Source of the DNA: Paraphysomonas bandaiensis
Taxonomy: Eukaryota > Protista > Chrysophyceae
NCBI GenBank assembly: GCA_965644295.1
Contig: CBFFRP010000016.1
Coordinates: 62,001 to 126,000, forward strand
Length of the DNA: 64,000 bases
Reading direction: 5' to 3'
Shown: positions 62,585 to 64,000 of the stretch, piece after piece
How the letters are laid out: the number at the start of each line of letters is the position of its first letter
How positions within the stretch are numbered: position 1 is the stretch's first letter
Notes under the pieces: model-generated
What the model was told of the DNA's origin: nothing
Databases searched by the model: none
What the model saw: only the letters and a program-made list of their open reading frames with translations
Position numbers and translations under genes: made by a program

Positions 62585-63929
62585 CATCAAGATATTCCAA
62601 GATATGCTATTCTCTATGTAGGTACAGTACTCTATGGTGGTACCTTACTGCTGACAATTAAGTTGGTGATACTTTACTCAAAAGCAGACAGATAGAATAG
62701 GAGGCATACGCGCATAGTCATTCATTTTTATGTTAATGAATTGGTGGTGGTTACTGTCATATTGTCATGTCTTTGGTGTGGGAATGCGCAAACAGTCAGT
62801 GAAGTTGTAGTTTGTTTAGGCGTGGTTTTCAGTGTGAAGATAGAGTACAGTGTTATGCGTAGTGACTATATGTATATTCTGTAAGGCTCATGTTAGAAGT
62901 ATGTTTACAAAGAGAGGGATATAGTTATATTAACCACGGGTAATATGGAGGAAAGAGCCCGACAGTGGATGTTACTCCTTATCCCTAGGTTAATTTGTAG
63001 TTTAATTTCATGATATCTGGATTGTATATCTAGTAGTTTGTTTGATATATGAGGAAATAGGTGTTACCTGAATAACATTAAGAAAACAAATGAAAAACCA
63101 ATGTGTATCTACAATATACAATGGTTGCTATTGTACTAGATAAGCTCATAGCAACAATAAATTTTTAAACTTCAATTATGCTAAAACAAGTGTACCCCTA
63201 CCACGGAGGTGTGCTGAGGGGATAGCAAATGCGAGGTTTTGATATACGTACATCAGTATGATGATGAATGTCCAAAATTGTGGTCACATAAGACTTCTTC
63301 TTGTTGTTGGTATCATCATCACATTTATATATAACGCGCCTACCCTCTGCTAGTGTAACTGACTCGAACACTGTGTGTATGATATGAGGCCCACAACAAG
63401 CACGACATGACCCAAACCGTGAAAGCACTGGCTTATTATATGAGTATTGTTTCGTTGTTGTGATTATAAATTATAAATATATCTCACTTGTTCACTTGCA
63501 CTGGAATATTCAGTTGAATCCAATCCAGAAAAAGAAGCACTCCTTTTTAGACAAAATGGAGATAAATAAATACTGAACACTATTATGAATATTTTTTATA
63601 TATAGGATTCTAATACTATTTCGGCCTTTGCTGGAACTTGAAAACAAAAAGAGGTGAACCAGTGATGCTGCATAATTATAGGTGGACCACGTTTACTATG
63701 GAACACACACACAAAAATGTTGTGTGTGTGTATGGAGGAGAGGTCACAAAGAATAGTGAAAATCACATGTACTTATCTATGGGTATGGAGGTGCAGTATG
63801 TCATCTATTCTTAATCTTAAACTTTGGAACTGTCAAGAACGATACGTGGAATCAAGCTACATAGCCACAAATACAAATTAGCCGATGTCATTGTTATTTT
63901 TTATTAGGACTATTCAACATAGCTACGTT

Positions 63930-64000
63930 CAGGCTTGCGTAACCATTAATGGTAATGGCCATTAATGGCCTTCCCCCATAAAATGGAAAAAAAGCAATTC
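63930..64000 (+). mobile_element. Left end of another hAT-family element running off the window
   Basis: caggcttgcgtaac matches the TIR start at 58371, followed by repeated ccattaatgg subterminal palindromes. Confidence 0.6.

Noticed and set aside
61135-62695. Long HTYI / MYVC-repeat ORFs on both strands
   Set aside because: Artefacts of the stop-free (CATA)n satellite

Overview
Eukaryotic nuclear DNA from a gene-dense genome with short (about 45-180 nt) GT-AG introns. It is most likely a flagellated stramenopile (chrysophyte-like); this is inferred from gene content, PTxxPS mucin repeats and a possible bipartite plastid leader. About 21 protein-coding genes can be modelled by manual splicing: a ~3,400-aa UBA/U-box/SPRY/DOC/MIB-HERC2/Tudor E3 ligase, ATP synthase subunit d, QPRT, an inverted pair of beta-carbonic anhydrases, a DUSP, PTH2, a 3x164-aa tandem-repeat ORF, SURF2, a NAD(P)HX epimerase-WW-CutA fusion, a REJ/EGF membrane protein, a cytochrome P450, a putative transcription factor, a dynein light chain, DNA ligase I, an MSS51-like protein and several unknowns. 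Sixteen genes sit in eight head-to-head pairs around short, (RY)n-rich spacers. Several intergenic blocks carry two dispersed repeat families, hAT-type TIR elements and (CATA)n satellites. The best novelty candidate is the six-exon, in-frame NAXE-WW-CutA fusion at 29333-30942, which the ORF track does not show. All models were spliced by eye; no database searches were run.
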